Below are positions 23,231 through 37,073 of a stretch of 64,000 nucleotides of DNA, one piece after another. The position numbers were made by a program, and so were the translations under genes. Under the pieces are notes generated by a model that saw only the letters and a list, made by a program, of their open reading frames with translations, was not told where the DNA came from and searched no databases. Position 1 is the first letter of the stretch, and the number at the start of each line of letters is the position of its first letter. Location: assembly GCA_010093605.1 (NCBI GenBank), contig MU004194.1, positions 1,464,323 to 1,528,322 of the forward strand, given 5' to 3'. The stretch comes from Lophium mytilinum. Its lineage: Eukaryota.

Positions 23231-23899
23231 GAATAAGAGTTCTCAGCATTCAGCTTTCGACACGATCATTAGCAGCATCAATAACTCGAACACACCTCAC
23301 GGTTTCCACGGTCTTTTACGACGATGAAGACATGCTTCCCGACATACCCACCTTTGACCTACACCGCACCACGCCCGTCACGCCCCGCAACGCCTTTCTC
23401 GCCATTTCGCGCCTCCATTTGCATTCACCTACCGACCTTCGCATCTACCTTGCGGCACATGTACATTCTCCTGTATCTCTACCAACACTCACCAACATTT
23501 CTCAACACGACACATAGGGGACCTCTCGGACATTACTAGGCTGGACGGACGGACGGAAAGATACCCACACCTATAACCTTACCTTCATCATCCTTCACTA
23601 CCTACCATCTATTTCTTCCGTTATGCTGTACTACTTCTCGATTTCGGCTTCTTGGATTGCGGTGCTCGGTTCAGTCCTGTTTCAGACGTTACGGAAGTCC
23701 CCCGCGTTGCTGTTTGGTCATGGCACGTGTATTATATACCCCATTTCATAGTTGTGATATAGACCAGGAAGGCTTAGAGGCTGCGCTTTTTTATTAGACA
23801 CAAGCTCCAATGCTTGATTTTGTACCCATGATTTCCCGTGCTCCATACGTCGTGATTGTCCACCGTGCCTATACTACCTCTAGTCCATCCTACTACCCC

Positions 23900-25320
23900 T
23901 TACCTGATGTCAGGCAATCTCTCCCACTCTGACATCGTAATCCTACTCCTCCCCTTCGTAGCCCCCTCTACCACCCCTCCGCCTGCACCCCCACCCAAAC
24001 TCGCCCTCGCACCCGTACTCTGCCTCCCCGCCTCAACCACCTCCTCCTTTTTCCCCCGCCTAACCCCCCGATCCCGCGCAAAAATCTGCAACCCCCTCAG
24101 ATGCGTATCCTTCCCATTCTGATGATTCTCCAGAATCTTAACCTGCACCAAATGCGCCCTCAACTCCGGCAGCCGCGCGCGCCTCCGATGCCGTCTTGGC
24201 CGATCCAGCTGCATCAGATCCTCCTCCTCCCTGCCCCGCTCATCCTCACCAGAAGAGTTCCCATCGCTATCAGACGAGAAATCGTCGTTGTCGTCGTCCT
24301 CGTCGTCGTCAGAGCCGGACGCCGAGGTTATCGCATCCTCCACCACCCTCACCGGCCCCGGCCCGCCCTCCCGCCCGTGCGCAGCAACCGCGTCGCCAAC
24401 GTCCCCGACGCCTTCGAACCCTACCCATACCCAGCCCCTCGGCTGCTCGAGCTTCAGCTCGCCCCACTCTTGCAAGTCGTTCGGCCCCGTGCCGGCCAGA
24501 AACAGTATCCGAGTCGGGGTGTAGGACTCGTCGGCTTCGAAGTCGAGATACAGGCGCAGGCCGACGATGCGCACGCGCTTGAAGAAGTGGATGTTGAGGA
24601 GGTGGGGTTGCGGGCCGTCGGATTGCCAGAAGTGTGCGGTTAGGGGGGAGCGCAGTTGGGGGATCGAGCAGCCGGGTTTGGAGCTGGAGACGGTCCAGGA
24701 GGCCAGGCTGGAGATTTCTTTGAGGGAGGGGGGGAGGGGGGGGGTTGGGGGGCGGGTGTCGGGTTCGTCTTCTGTGGGGGGCTGTTAGTTTAGGTAGGAG
24801 CGGGGCAAAAAGGCAGGTAATTTTGATATTATGCGTGTGCTAACAGGAGCTTAGAGTGTGGTTGGATTGAAGTGATATGAGGGGAACGACGATGGAAGCA
24901 CGTGATTTAGGGGTATGAAGACGTAGGGGTTGAAGGCTAAGGAAGAGATGCTTGAAAGTAAGGAGATTAGAGAGTGGAAAGAGGGGAAGGATAGGTCTTG
25001 CGTGTAGAAAAAAGAATGTGATATGAGCGATAACTGTAGAGATCGACGTATGAAAGAAAGATAGCTCGCGCGGAAAACAACGAGGTTGATGATATATCAC
25101 ATTTCAAAGGCGAAGCATGTTGCTTACCTAACGGCTCTTCCTCCTCCTCCTCCTCTTCCTCTTCGCCATCAGCCCCCTCAACTAGCTCGTCGTCCTCATC
25201 TTCGTCCTGAGTAAGATCGCTGTCCTCCTGCGGGTCTACGAACTGCTGGGGCGGCGTAGGCTGGGGCTGCACCTGGTGGCGGCGCGCTCGCGAGAAGCTG
25301 AAGTCTGCTCTTGGAGGCAT
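23900..25320 (-). CDS. APC10: Anaphase-promoting complex subunit 10 (Doc1)
   Basis: Exon 1 is 25128-25320, intron 24772-25127, exon 2 23900-24771. Motifs LKEISSLASWTVSSSKPG, FWQSDGPQPHLLNIHF, DESYTPTRI, ILENHQNGKDTHLRG and a C-terminal IR tail. Confidence 0.95.
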
Positions 25321-26728
25321 CGTGGTGGTGGGGGTTTGCAGACGCGGCGAGGAGTGTTGTTGACGCGCTAGGTTCGCGTGCAGGGGAAGGCAAGTGAATT
25401 GCGCTCGGCATGCCGACCCGGGCTAGCGTCGATGTTCCCGGGAGGATTTCGGGTCGCCGGCCACCGCAGGGGCAGCCTGCTGGTCTTAGGCCTCACCTCC
25501 CCATCTAAAAAGCATCTAAAAAGACATCAATTTCCCGACTACGGACGCCACAGAAAATTACGGTAGCTGGGCTCGGGTTGAGCTGCTTCTACGGCGAGTC
25601 AGTTATCACCGAGAGATCTAGGTTCGCCCCGCATACAAGGGCTCCACAAGGGCTGCTTTTTCTGTCAGAAGCATGCCGCCCTGTCTGTGTACATACGTAC
25701 AGCGCGCAGCAACGCTGCTGCATGACGGCAGCCGTGTAACATTTGTTCTTCGCACTTTTCAGTCAATTCCCCGCCTGCAAGAGCCTTGGACACACGTCTC
25801 TAAGGAATCGTTTTCAGCTGAGGGCATCCGCCCCAGGGACGGGTGATTCGCAGATCACCTTCAAGGGGCCCTATCGGAAAGGAGATTAAGCTGATCTGGA
25901 CGTCAACCCAACGATGCTGGAGGCGCGCCACCAGCAAGCCCCATAAGCCAGCATTGGCCGTGGCGCGCGCCTCCGATATTGCGTTCCACGTAACAGATTG
26001 AGCTTATGAAATCCATGGGCGACTTCTTACGAGGAGTCCAACACTGAGAGTATGCTACAAGGTACGTCCATACACACGTAGCTAAAGAAGCAAATCTTTC
26101 AAATCCTCATTGAGTGTCTACTGTGTAACAAGGACCACCTCCCTGCTGTTGATCGGCGTGGCCCAAAGAAGTGCTGTCGATAACTGATGATGGCGTTTCT
26201 CCGCCTGTCACAGCTGCGGTGGGCGCCTGATCTAGCAACTTCTCCCTCTTCTCGTCTTACTGGCCCTGCGGTGCCAGCAGTAGCCACTCTACAGGGCAGA
26301 GACATGGACCGAGTGGAGTCCCGTTGCGCGATCTACCCCCATCCGGCCCCAGTCCCCCGGGGCCATGCTTGTATACTGCATTTCGACCTGAACCTCTTTC
26401 GCTCTTTTGTACCTCCGGCTCCCTGCACTGTCCATTCATTTTCATTTTGGCTTCCATGCCGTCACATCGAACCTCCGTCAAAATCGATACTTGACATCGT
26501 CGTCGGAGCTTGTGTTAGACCCCAGAATTACCCAGTTTCATCATCCTTACGTGTATTGCCCTCATAAACAACACCCTGCCCTTGCTTTCCTATTCTGTCG
26601 TCCTGCCACTCAGCATCATTCGTTCATGTCAACCACTATCCAATATTGAGTGACTGCTTGCTCAGTTCGGCGAGCGTCTTTAGGGCTTGTTCGAAGCTTG
26701 TCATTGTCGATTTACAGACGCGCACACA

Positions 26729-28235
26729 ATGCCTCATACGAATCAGGACGTGGCCAGCCGTGGTCTTGAGGAACGGAACGTGGCCATCTCCTTCCTAGTA
26801 GCCACCTGGATATTTGTGCTATTGCGCATATACGTCCGAGGATATATGATCCGCAACTTCGGCTGGGATGATTCCATCATGATATTAGCAAATGTGAGAC
26901 TTCCTTGCCTCAGTACTAGCATCGCATGCTGAATTTCTCTAGCTCATCTTTACTGGATACTGTGCTGCTATTTTGCACATTGTAGCAAATGGAGGTGGCA
27001 CCCATCTGTCTGACCTCGTTGCCATCAATAAGATCATCGACGTGAGTGAAGCATTCCTGCAAGGCCGTCTAACTTATCTCACATACTTTAGTGGACCATC
27101 GCCTCCGAAGCACTCTACGTTGTCACCATATGCTTCCTGAAGATCTCCCTCGGTATATTCTTCAACCGAATAGTTGTCAAGCCATGGCAGAAAACTTTAG
27201 TCCTCGTAGTGGTCATCGTCAGCACCGTTCAATGCACCGCCAACTTCTTCTTTGTTATTTTCCGTTGTGGAACGCCTGTGGGAGACTATCTGATCAAACA
27301 ACTCGCAGGCGAATGCGCGACTCGCCGCACTAACCTCATCTTGCTGTACATGCACGCCACTGTGACCACTGTAACCGACTGGATATTCGCCGGGTTACCC
27401 ATCGCAATTCTATGGAACGCAAAGATGGACATACGCACAAAGTGTTCTGTCGGATTCATTCTCTCTCTAGGCGCATTGTAAGTGTAGTCTTCATCCGCTA
27501 TGTCTCACTCCATCTAACATTCCCTAGCGGCAGTATCTGCTCCATCATCCGCTTCTTCTCCATAGACGGCCTCACGCGCACCGACGACTTCTTTTGTAAG
27601 CTCCTCCAATATGCCCCGGCCCAATTTCCAGTCTTGTAACTACTAACACAAGTCAACCATTAGGGAACGCAACCAACAACTCCATCTGGTCCGCTATCGA
27701 ACCCGGCGTAGGCATAATCGCCGGCTCTCTCGCAACCATGCGCCCGCTCTTCAAAAGCTTCTTCACCAACGTCCGCGATTTCACCACCAGCGCCTCGCAG
27801 ATATCGAAGCGCATGTCACGCTCCTTCCGCTCACCCCCTGCATCCGGTGCCGAGAACAGCGTCCTCGAGAGCCAGAAGCACGGCTCCGCCTACCTCAAGC
27901 CATATAATCATAGTGGTACTGATAGCCAACACACCCGCACAACGGCTACGGCGGCAAGCAAGGACGGGAGATCAACTGAGATGAACTCGGACTTTTCGGC
28001 AACCCAGACGGGCATGAGCTCCGAGTATATTATGACGAGGAACGAGGATCGGGATGGTCCTTGGAGCTTTGATCGCAATATGCTCGTCACTCACAACTCT
28101 GGAGGCTCTGACGACGGGATTGAGGTGGATCGGCGGAGCTCCCATACGCTCGGGGAAGAAGAGGGGAAGGACATGCGGATGAGTTTGAGGTCGCCAATTG
28201 AGGGCCGGAGGCGGAGCCAGGATGAGATGGTGTAA
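26729..28235 (+). CDS. PTH11-like (fungal rhodopsin-domain) integral membrane protein, no CFEM domain seen
   Basis: Multi-exon gene. Motifs FVLLRIYVRGY..RNFGWDD, FLKISLGIFF.RI, TDWIFAGLPI.ILW...M..RTK.SV..IL.LG, WSAIEPGVGIIAGSLATMRPLF. Confidence 0.88.
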
Positions 28236-30129
28236 CCTGAGGCCGATGCATCTCGGAGACCTTCAAATTGCATTTGATGGCCGACATTCATTTCTTGGAC
28301 CTGGATCTACCGGGAAATTTACTACTTTGTAATACCCTTACCACTCACGGCATCTTACGACGTTAGTTGCGTTTCGGCGTTTATTGGGGGAATGGGAAGA
28401 TACCACCGATGCGCTGCTTTTGGTTTCGGACTCGTTTGGAGAGTTATCCTATCTTTATTTTCGAAAGTTCACTAGATCGCTTGTGCTCGGGAGCTCTTTT
28501 CGTGTCCTTCATTCTTCTTTGTTGACAATACGAGAGATTCGACAGTAAGTACTCCTCAGTCGAGAAATGGTTGGGCTCACTGGCAAGCCCATATGTACCC
28601 TAGTCACGCGCCAAGCGTTTCTATCAGTCCATGACCTTCTAAGTGACTTGCTTTCCCTAGCCATCATAACGGCCTAAATCACTCTTGGTGAAGAGCGCTG
28701 TTCTTCGGCGGGCACATCCCACACGCACATGCTCTGTCTTACTGTCTTAGTGCTGTCAAGCTCCACCTTCTACATATCCCTATTATCGCCATCCAACACC
28801 GCTGCCCACCACCACTATCACTGAACTACACCTCCACCAGCGCCTCCTCCGCTCCAACCGTTGTTGTCCGTGATCCCTGGTTCTGACTCCCTCCCTCTCA
28901 TGAACCTCTCCCATTTCTCGGATGCCCTTTCCCCCAACCATTCGGTTGTTTTTCCGCTTTTTTTACTCTGCTGATGTCAACATACACTCCTCCAGCATCT
29001 AGGGGAGGGAGAGGATATTTAATAGTTCGCGGATGTCGGTGGCACGTGAAGGTCATGCGGGAGGAGTCGGGAACACACGTGAGAGGTAGTTAGATAGGTA
29101 GATAGACGACTCCCCGACATGTGCAAGCCGCCACGCTATTCTGGATTACATCTCGTGATCAAGCAAGATTTCACTTCCAGCCCTTAAATCCCCTTCCTGT
29201 GTGAGACTCGGGGAACCAACAGTGCGGAGGGAAATAATGAAACAACAACACGGCATTGGACACAATATGGGCAGCTGAACTTTCCCACTTAGATCTACAT
29301 CATGTGGTGGACGTATGCTTTGCGTTTACATCGGCACTTTTAGAGGTGAATGGAGATGGGATGTAGTCACGACTTGCTGATGGACTTCGAGATTGGATAT
29401 GTTTCAGGGTCGTTCTTGCGCGAGTGGTGGTAGAGACTGCTGCTGTAGGAGGAGGTGATGAGCGTCATCATTTCGCAGTAGCAGTTCCCATGAGCCTCCA
29501 AATCCTTGCGATTTAAGCACTACCGCCACTCCCACCATATAGGCGTCCTTGTTGTTGTGATTTTGATCCCACCGAGCACGACTCCAGACATTCGAAGAAC
29601 GGGTGTGTCTCGTTGATATTCCCACCAACTCTCCGACCATAGACACCTATTCCGAGCCGTTTTGATCTGCCAGGCAAGACCAAACTTCCTCCTTGCTTCA
29701 AAAAGACTGGGCTGATGGGAGACTTTATACTCAGAGAAAAGCGGGAGCACGTGAGTAGGGAGCGGTTCACGTGATGGTCACCTATTAGGCGCAGGCGTTG
29801 TGTGAAGTCTGAAGTAGTCGAGAGTAAGCCGCGTACTCATAGAGAAGACTGATATGTGGATGGCTGAGCCACCAGCTATAAGGTGCCTATAACTTTGAAT
29901 GAAGGATCGAGTTCTGATGTTGATTCGAGTACTTGAAGGTATTTCTGAAGGTCCAGAAAGATCGAGTGATTGCTGTGTAAAGAAGAGAGCTCGTTTTTGA
30001 AGGACATATACTACGTCAACTTACATCTTCATCCTACGGTGCTACGGCGAATACTCTCCGAATTCCAAATGGTATCCCATCATACATCCCAAGATAAGCC
30101 GCTCACCTCAAACAGTCCTCCCCGGTTAC

Positions 30130-30971
30130 TCACCCACTTCCCAGCATTTCCACCCCAATCTTCTGATACTTACCCCCCCTCTTCCCGACCCACCACGCCC
30201 ACACCACCGTCGCCAACGAAACAATCTCCACCACGCTCTCCGCCAGCGCCCCCCACCACGACGCCCGCATCTGCGCACACAGATTCCCCAAATTCCCCAC
30301 CGCATTATCCAGCACCTGGTCATGGCGTCTCGCACACGTATACGACAGGAAATCGTAGTGCTTCGTCTTATCAAAGTCGTCGATCTTGAAGTACACGGCT
30401 GCAGCGACCCAGATGGCGATGCAGAAGGTGGAGAAGAGGACGGTGACGACGTTGCCGACTCTGGTTATATGGCGGACCTGATGATTCATTCGTTAGCTGA
30501 TGCGTTACTTGTTTTGGCTCGCTATAGGAAAGGAAGAGGGACAAGGAAAAGGACGTAACTTACCGCCTTGCTAAAACTCGCCACGCCCAACACCGCACTT
30601 GCCACCGTCGCGGCCACCGACGCCCCCAGCATCACAAGCGTTGGCTTCATGTTCAGACCGCGCGGCCAGAGCCGCAAGTCCGGGGTGCCGTTGTGCTTGA
30701 CGACGTAGTCTTTGTGCTTGTAGTAGACCATGACGGCCTGGCCGAGGACGATGAGGATGCCGCTGCATAGGAGGAGCGAGAGGATGCGGAGAACGAGGCG
30801 GATGCGGGCGATGACGTTCTCTCGTCGGCGAAATTTCTGGGCCGCGATGGAGACGATGCGGGAGTGGTTTGCGGAGGCGATCAGGTGCGCTTTTGCTTCG
30901 TCGTGGACGGGGATGTGCGAGCGGCTGTAGCTGTGGCCGTGGCCGGGGGCGTTGGGGTGGATGGGACGCAT
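30130..30971 (-). CDS. Four-TM (MARVEL-like) membrane protein
   Basis: Exon 1 starts MRPIHPNAPG at 30971, intron 30478-30563. Hydrophobic helices RLVLRILSLLL, PTLVMLGASV and TVLFSTFCIAIW; DFLSYTC...LCAQM Cys pair. Confidence 0.75.
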
Positions 30972-31935
30972 GGGGGTTGGGTGATGGAGATGTTGGATGG
31001 GGGGCGTATGCTCTGAATGCGGAGAGATGGAGATGCCAGGGAACGGGAGGTACTGTGAGCTTTGCAGAAACAGTTGGAGGGACACGACTTTGTTGTTTGA
31101 ATAATGAAAAACTGAGAGGTATCGAAATAATGCTTGTAGAGTATAGAAGAAAGAATCCACTTACATAGGGTTTGGCAATAGCCCTGTTTCTCATCTAGAC
31201 TTGTCGATGCAATATCTATTTCAAGACCTCTCATTAAACAGATGCTGACAGATACAGCTAACGGGATTTTCGGGCGCGGCTGAATCATTGTTGGCTGCTT
31301 GACCGGTCTCAATATCAAGCTTGTCTCTTGGCAGGGTGGAGAAATATCGACGCGAGGAGATCTTCATGGGGGCCAGAATGGCAGTGGGAGTGGCTGAAAT
31401 CTAGTACAGACTCTGCAGCTAACTTGGAAGAGTACAAGCTTGACGCAAAAGAGTGAAGTGTACAGCTGCTTCATCCGTCGAAGCGTTCGTTTCGCTGGCC
31501 AAGAATGGGAATTGTGGTTGAGTTGGTGTGGCTGAGGAGGAAAAGGGGGCGGCGTTAGGCAGGATTTTCTTATTAAGCTCCACAAGCTTTCGTCTTCTGT
31601 AACCACGGCGCACGATGATTAGCTCTGATTAGATGCGAAAGCAAGGCTTAAATGTATAGTACTTGGCGCCAAGTAAAACTTTCCCATAATTTGACATAGG
31701 ATGTTGCTTGGCGTGCTTTGTCAACGGCGAAGCGTAGTGGCTATTGTTACAACCCCCCTGAAGCGGGGATTGGTAAGTCCTAGAGTGGTACCTGAATCAG
31801 TACTCTATTTTTGCGCAAGGCTGCGATATAGCAGTTTCACTATCATGTCTTCTTCCATTGTATATGTAGTGGTGGCAGGAAGTACAGCTCTTTGTACCCC
31901 CTAAATTTCACTCTCGCTTTCATCTATCCTTCATC

Positions 31936-33575
31936 ATGCTTCGTCCTAGACTTTTCATCTCGCCACTCCTCCTGCTTCTCTCGACACACGTATCCGCACA
32001 ACTCGATCTCCAAGGCGGCGATCCAAAAGATTCCGACGCCTGCCTCAGCCTAAGCTCCGTTAACGAGCTAGGATTCCTCTCTAACGGCGTCGACATATGG
32101 AAAAACCTCAATATCGACAGCATCCTCACAAACTTCGTATCGGGCGGTCTGTCGCAGACATGGGTGAAAGACTTCTATCTCAACGAAGCTCTGACCTCCG
32201 ATGAGGCTGCCAACGCTGGCGACTTCGATTGCACGAACGAGAACTCGCCGTGTGTCCCCGTCTTCGGCAGCTGCGATAAGTACCAGTCGGCGCAAGCGAT
32301 GTCAATCACGTTTGCGCTTGTCAATGCGCATCGGCTGTTGAGCATTCAGATTAAGGCGTATGATGAGGCTGTCAATATATTCTCAGCGGAGTATGTGTTC
32401 CAATGCTTTCACAGCAATCTAAGCAGCATCTTCTAGATGGAATCGCCCCATTAACGCATCCTCGTAGTGGTAACTCAGTCGCCAACGACCTATTCAACCA
32501 CGTAAGCATGGGTCGCGACCTAGGCAAATTCGACGTCGGCGCGTTCTTCAGTGGCTTCGAGTTCGGAGTCGAGCTAGCCCTGCCAGCCTTAGGAGGCGTA
32601 TTTGTGGATGCTCTGAAAGCGGGTCTAAAGAAGGGTCTGAAGGTATATCTCCAAGTCAAACCGCCCGGCGGACCCGCAAAGCCCCAGCTAACAAGCAATT
32701 TCCAACAACAGACCGTCGTCGAGAACGCCGTCGAGTCAAACTTCAATCTCGGCGACAATCCCGCCAAAGATCCCGGCCCCTTCATCGATTCACTGCGAAC
32801 CGCATTCAAATCCAACCAAGACGCGCTGCGTGCCGTCATGGCCGGATACTTCAACCAAGGAAATACCGATCCAACATTAACGTCTACCCCCGAAGACACA
32901 GTCGCCTACCTCCAACAAGGCCAATTCCTCGCCGGCTTCCTCACAAACGGCGCAACCGAGGCCTCAGCCACCACAGACGCCGCACACGAGATCGTGAAGC
33001 AAGCCGTAAATCTCCCAGACCCTTTCTCTCATATCCAACTCAGCTAACCCGCGAGCCCAGGCCGCGCCCATCATCGCAGCCACCTGGCGGGCCGAAGGCG
33101 TGAAAGTCATTCTCTTACCAGAAGTAAGCTCTCACCATTCAACCCACCAATCCCAACCTTCTTAACCAGAATCCTCCGCACAGGCCGGCTGCGATCCCAC
33201 AAACTTTGCCCAAGGCTGCCAGAGCGGCAACGGCCCCTGCGGGCCCTTCGACTTCGTCGCGAACCAAGACCAGCTCGGCAGCGTGGACGGCAAGAACCTG
33301 TGCATTGGGGTCGGGCGAGGGTTCGACCGCGAGGCGGACGCGAACCCGAAGCTGCAGTCGTTCTTTATGAATCCGCAGGATGTTTTGCTCAATGCTGTGA
33401 GTCCATTGCTTCCCTAGTTCGAGACATGGTTGGGATTAAGAGGGTGGATCGAGTGACTGACGGATGATTCTAGGCGAAATGTCTCGTGTCGGGGAAGAAT
33501 AACGATGTCCCGCCTGCGCAGACGGAGGATATGGCGAATGGGTTCCCGCTGTGTACGTTTGCGCTGAAGTCGTGA
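31936..33575 (+). CDS. Secreted Cys-containing hypothetical protein (multi-exon)
   Basis: Signal peptide MLRPRLFISPLLLLLSTHVSA. Canonical short introns link ORF segments 31936-32436 and 32403-33047 to downstream exons ending GFPLCTFALKS*. Confidence 0.7.
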
Positions 33576-34457
33576 AGGAACTAAGCTGTAACAGGGCTTC
33601 GACGATAAATTGTTTCTCTCTACAGTAAAACAACTAGAATACATCAACTACACATCCATGAAATCATCGCACGCACCACAAAAACCGTGATCAATTCTCA
33701 ATCCAATATATTCATTCCAACCTCCCACCTCTATCTTTCATATACATATACAGACCACCCCTCCCCCTCACCTCAAACCATCACTCCGCTATCGAATATC
33801 CAATCATTAAGATACGCACACGCATTAACCCGCCATAAAATCATCAAACCACAACGAGTAAATTACGCAAAATAGAAGAACGAGTGACCGACATCTCAAG
33901 CGCGTCTTGGATCTAAGAAAGCCATCGTCCCAGCCGCGAAGTTCGGAGATACAGAGGAGGGGACCGAAATGTCTGATTATTGCAATAAGTGGGGTTGAAA
34001 ATGAGGTAGAAAGTCTGCAAGCGAGAGTCATGAAATAGTAGTAGTAATATCTTTGGGAAACACGTTTTTTGATCTGAAGATGGAAAGATATCTCATGCAA
34101 AGTTTGGAACGGGAACGCTGGATGCAAGAACGCTGTCAAAATAGGACGGATGGGGAAAGAGCACAGGGTAAGGATGTGGGCGATAGGGTTGATTTACGGA
34201 AGAGATGCGACGATTTAAGGTTTCTTAAGGGAGAGAGATCAAGGTAAAATATGGTGTATCGTTGGCGGAGTAGCAGGTAATGTGCCTCCTCAAGATCAGG
34301 CCGTGCGATTGGGTAGCCGAAGTAATTACTAGCTTGTTGAGATGTTGACGACTTCTTTGGTCTTTCAGAACAAATGAAAGCTAGTTCGATGGTATGGACG
34401 GGTAAAGCAGCCTTAACGTGAAGCATAGATGGCAGTGCAAAGATGGTTCGCCAGGGG

Positions 34458-37073
34458 TCACCTCCGAAACGCACTCTTATGCCCCAGCGGACTATCCAAC
34501 TGCGGCGCCAACGACCGTATCGGCTCCCTTATCCTTCCCCCTCTAGCCACCGGCGTCGTGCCCGTGCAGAAAATACACAAGAACGTCGACGGGATGTTCT
34601 GGTGGTTCAGTCCCAAGCAGCGAACATGCAGCCACTTGATGCACGACTCGCACTGCACCATTAGCTGTCCGTCGTACTCCATCGAATTGCATACGCAGCG
34701 GATGCCCTCGTTGGAGACGGTGCTGCGGTCGGTGCTGGGAGTGTTGAGGTCAGGATCGGCGATAGTAGAGGGTGAGGAGTGGTAAGAGTTGGGATTCCCT
34801 GTGAAGGGGTCGTAGGAGAGTTGAGGGCTGATTCCCGGTTTGGAGAGCTCAGCGGAGGCTTGGGCCCAGCGTTGGTTGTGGGCGAGGAGGGTGCCCTGGG
34901 CGGAGCGTTCTGAGAGCGGCGTTAGAAGGATAGTGTGTAAGTACGTGTCCCTTGTACTTACCACTTCGTTTTAAGCGATCCTCCACCACTTGCTTCAGAG
35001 CGCCTTGCGCGTCGCCTGCACTATCGAGAGGGGTTATCTGTGGCTCCTCGGTTTTGGTCTCGCCAAATGAACCGCCGAAGCTGGACATGCTGTACCTCCG
35101 GAAAGGGTTGTTTGAAGTCTTTTGGGTGTTCATTTGTTGATTGAGGTTGCTGCTAGAGCGGGAGAACCCAAACGGAGTTTTCTCAAATGACATTACATTC
35201 GGCCTGGGCATCTTGAACGAGTCAGAACGGTCCAGCGTGCTGTCCGCCCTTGCATGTTTCGGAGCGCGGCGTGACGGTGCAGGAATATTGAAGGATGTGT
35301 TTCGACTGAGAACGGCATGATCAGAAGCAGACTCGGTGTCCTCGTCCTCATTCCACAGACCAGGATACTGTGGTTGGTGGTCTTCACGAGTGTCCATTTC
35401 CTCCTGTACAGGATCCGTCTCAGTCCTGGCGTGGCCGGATTCGTCAATGACTAGACGAGTCCGGGGTCGTGCCCTTATTTTCTCCGGTATAGAGGTAAGA
35501 GAACCTTGGCTTTGACGCTTGAGTGGTGATGATTTCCGAGGTATGTGGTACCCTGCACCACTACTTCCTAACGACCTTGAGTCGACGACTGAGGGCTTGT
35601 CCTTTCGAAATCCGCTGTCCGTGTTGCTCCGCTGTAGCCCAGGCCTAGCAGCGGCTGGATTGGACCCCGACGATGAAGACGTATTAGTTCGTGAGTGTTG
35701 GCCTTTCGCTTTCCTAGCAAGCTCCTTTTCTCTATGAGACTCTCGCACCTGATGCTCATACGGCTGCCTATTTTCGTGACCGGCACTTGAATCGGAGGAT
35801 AGACGGTTGAAAGATTCGCTCGGAGTTATTTTGGTTGGACTTGAGAAGCTGAATATTAGCGTTGGGTCAACTCCTGCAGTAGTCGACATGAACGAGTTTG
35901 GCCTTGAGTTCGTAGGCTTGCTGTCATTGATATTACTGGTGGCGAACGCCGCGAAGGCCGGGCTATGAGTACTCGCAGGTAGTCCAGTCAAGTCGTGGAA
36001 TGCTTGCATGTTCATCTGAGGGGTTGGCGAGTTGAACGATTGCCAATTGACAGACGTATCAATCTTGTGGGGCGTTGGGCCAAACGGGTCTGACGCATAG
36101 GGCATATCCACATCCATCCCACTTCCATCATTGGACTGGTCCCAGAATAAGCGTGAGTGTGGCAGTGCGGGTGCAGACATGGGGCCTGAGTTTGGGAAGG
36201 GTGCAACGTCTGGAGAGAACTGCAAGTTCGAGAATTGGAAAGGGGTAGGCGTATAGAAATCACCACCATGCTGTTGACCAGCAGCAGCAGGCGTCGACAA
36301 TCTTTGTTGCACAACTGTAGAAGGCGTTGGAATTTCCGCCCCTATTCTCCTCCTCGACGACGCATCTCGTGTCGGTGGCGGTGTCTGCATCTGAGGCATG
36401 TCCATGGTCGCAGTCGTCGAACACGGGATTGACGAGAGTTTACGTTGTGTGCCGGTAGGGTTCCCCCTGAAGCCTGATAGGACAGGGGACGAGGAAAGCC
36501 TCCGGGATGGCTCTACCGGAGGCAACGGCAAATGGGTATTCGGGGTGAAGTGGTTGACATGAAATTGAGGATCGTCTGGCGACGGCACTTTCGGGCTCCT
36601 GGAGCTGGAAGGTCTGGGTGTCAAACGAGAATATGTTGGTGTTTGTGCAGGTGTACGGCGCCCATTGACTCGCGGAGTAGCAAAAGCGTCTAAGAAGTGT
36701 GATTGATAGGCTTCGGCTCTGGGAGTATGGAGAGCCCCTTCGGGAAAGGTAGCCGTAGTCGGGGTCGAGGACGGGCTTGGTAAGTGCCAGTCCGTGTATC
36801 TGAGGGGACATCATGCATGTTAGCTCTGAAATCTGAAAGTTGCTTGTGGGTAGCTAGTCAGAGATGACTAGATTGGCGGGACAGACGAAATGTTTGCAGT
36901 TTTACAGAGTGGATGCCTGGGGATAAAAATTGGTGGGGCCGTGAAATTTGTAGAGCACTGGGAAGCCTTCGCCGGGGTGATGGATGAAAAGTCATCGAGG
37001 GGTGACACGAGACAGGAGGCTATGGGCTATATGAAGGAATTCCATACCCATATATGTGCTGTTCCGTATTCAT
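34458..37073 (-). CDS. PHD-finger protein (C-terminal PHD)
   Basis: Exon 1 37048-37073 (MNTEQHIYG), intron 36800-37047, exon 2 34962-36799, intron 34910-34961, exon 3 34458-34909. The PHD reads IRCVC...MVQCESCIKWLHVRCLG...FLCIFC. Confidence 0.85.

Noticed and set aside
24722..24752. G-run suggesting a G-quadruplex
   Set aside because: It is explained by poly-Pro codons of APC10 on the minus strand.
25560..25660. Possible tRNA/SINE (tagctgggctcgg...aggttcgcccc...ttttt)
   Set aside because: I could not fold a cloverleaf and the B-box is poor. tRNAscan-SE would settle it.
36800..37047. Possible C/D snoRNA in the 248-nt first intron of the PHD gene
   Set aside because: Only a degenerate C box (CGATGA) and a CTGA; no terminal stem or guide sequence recognised.
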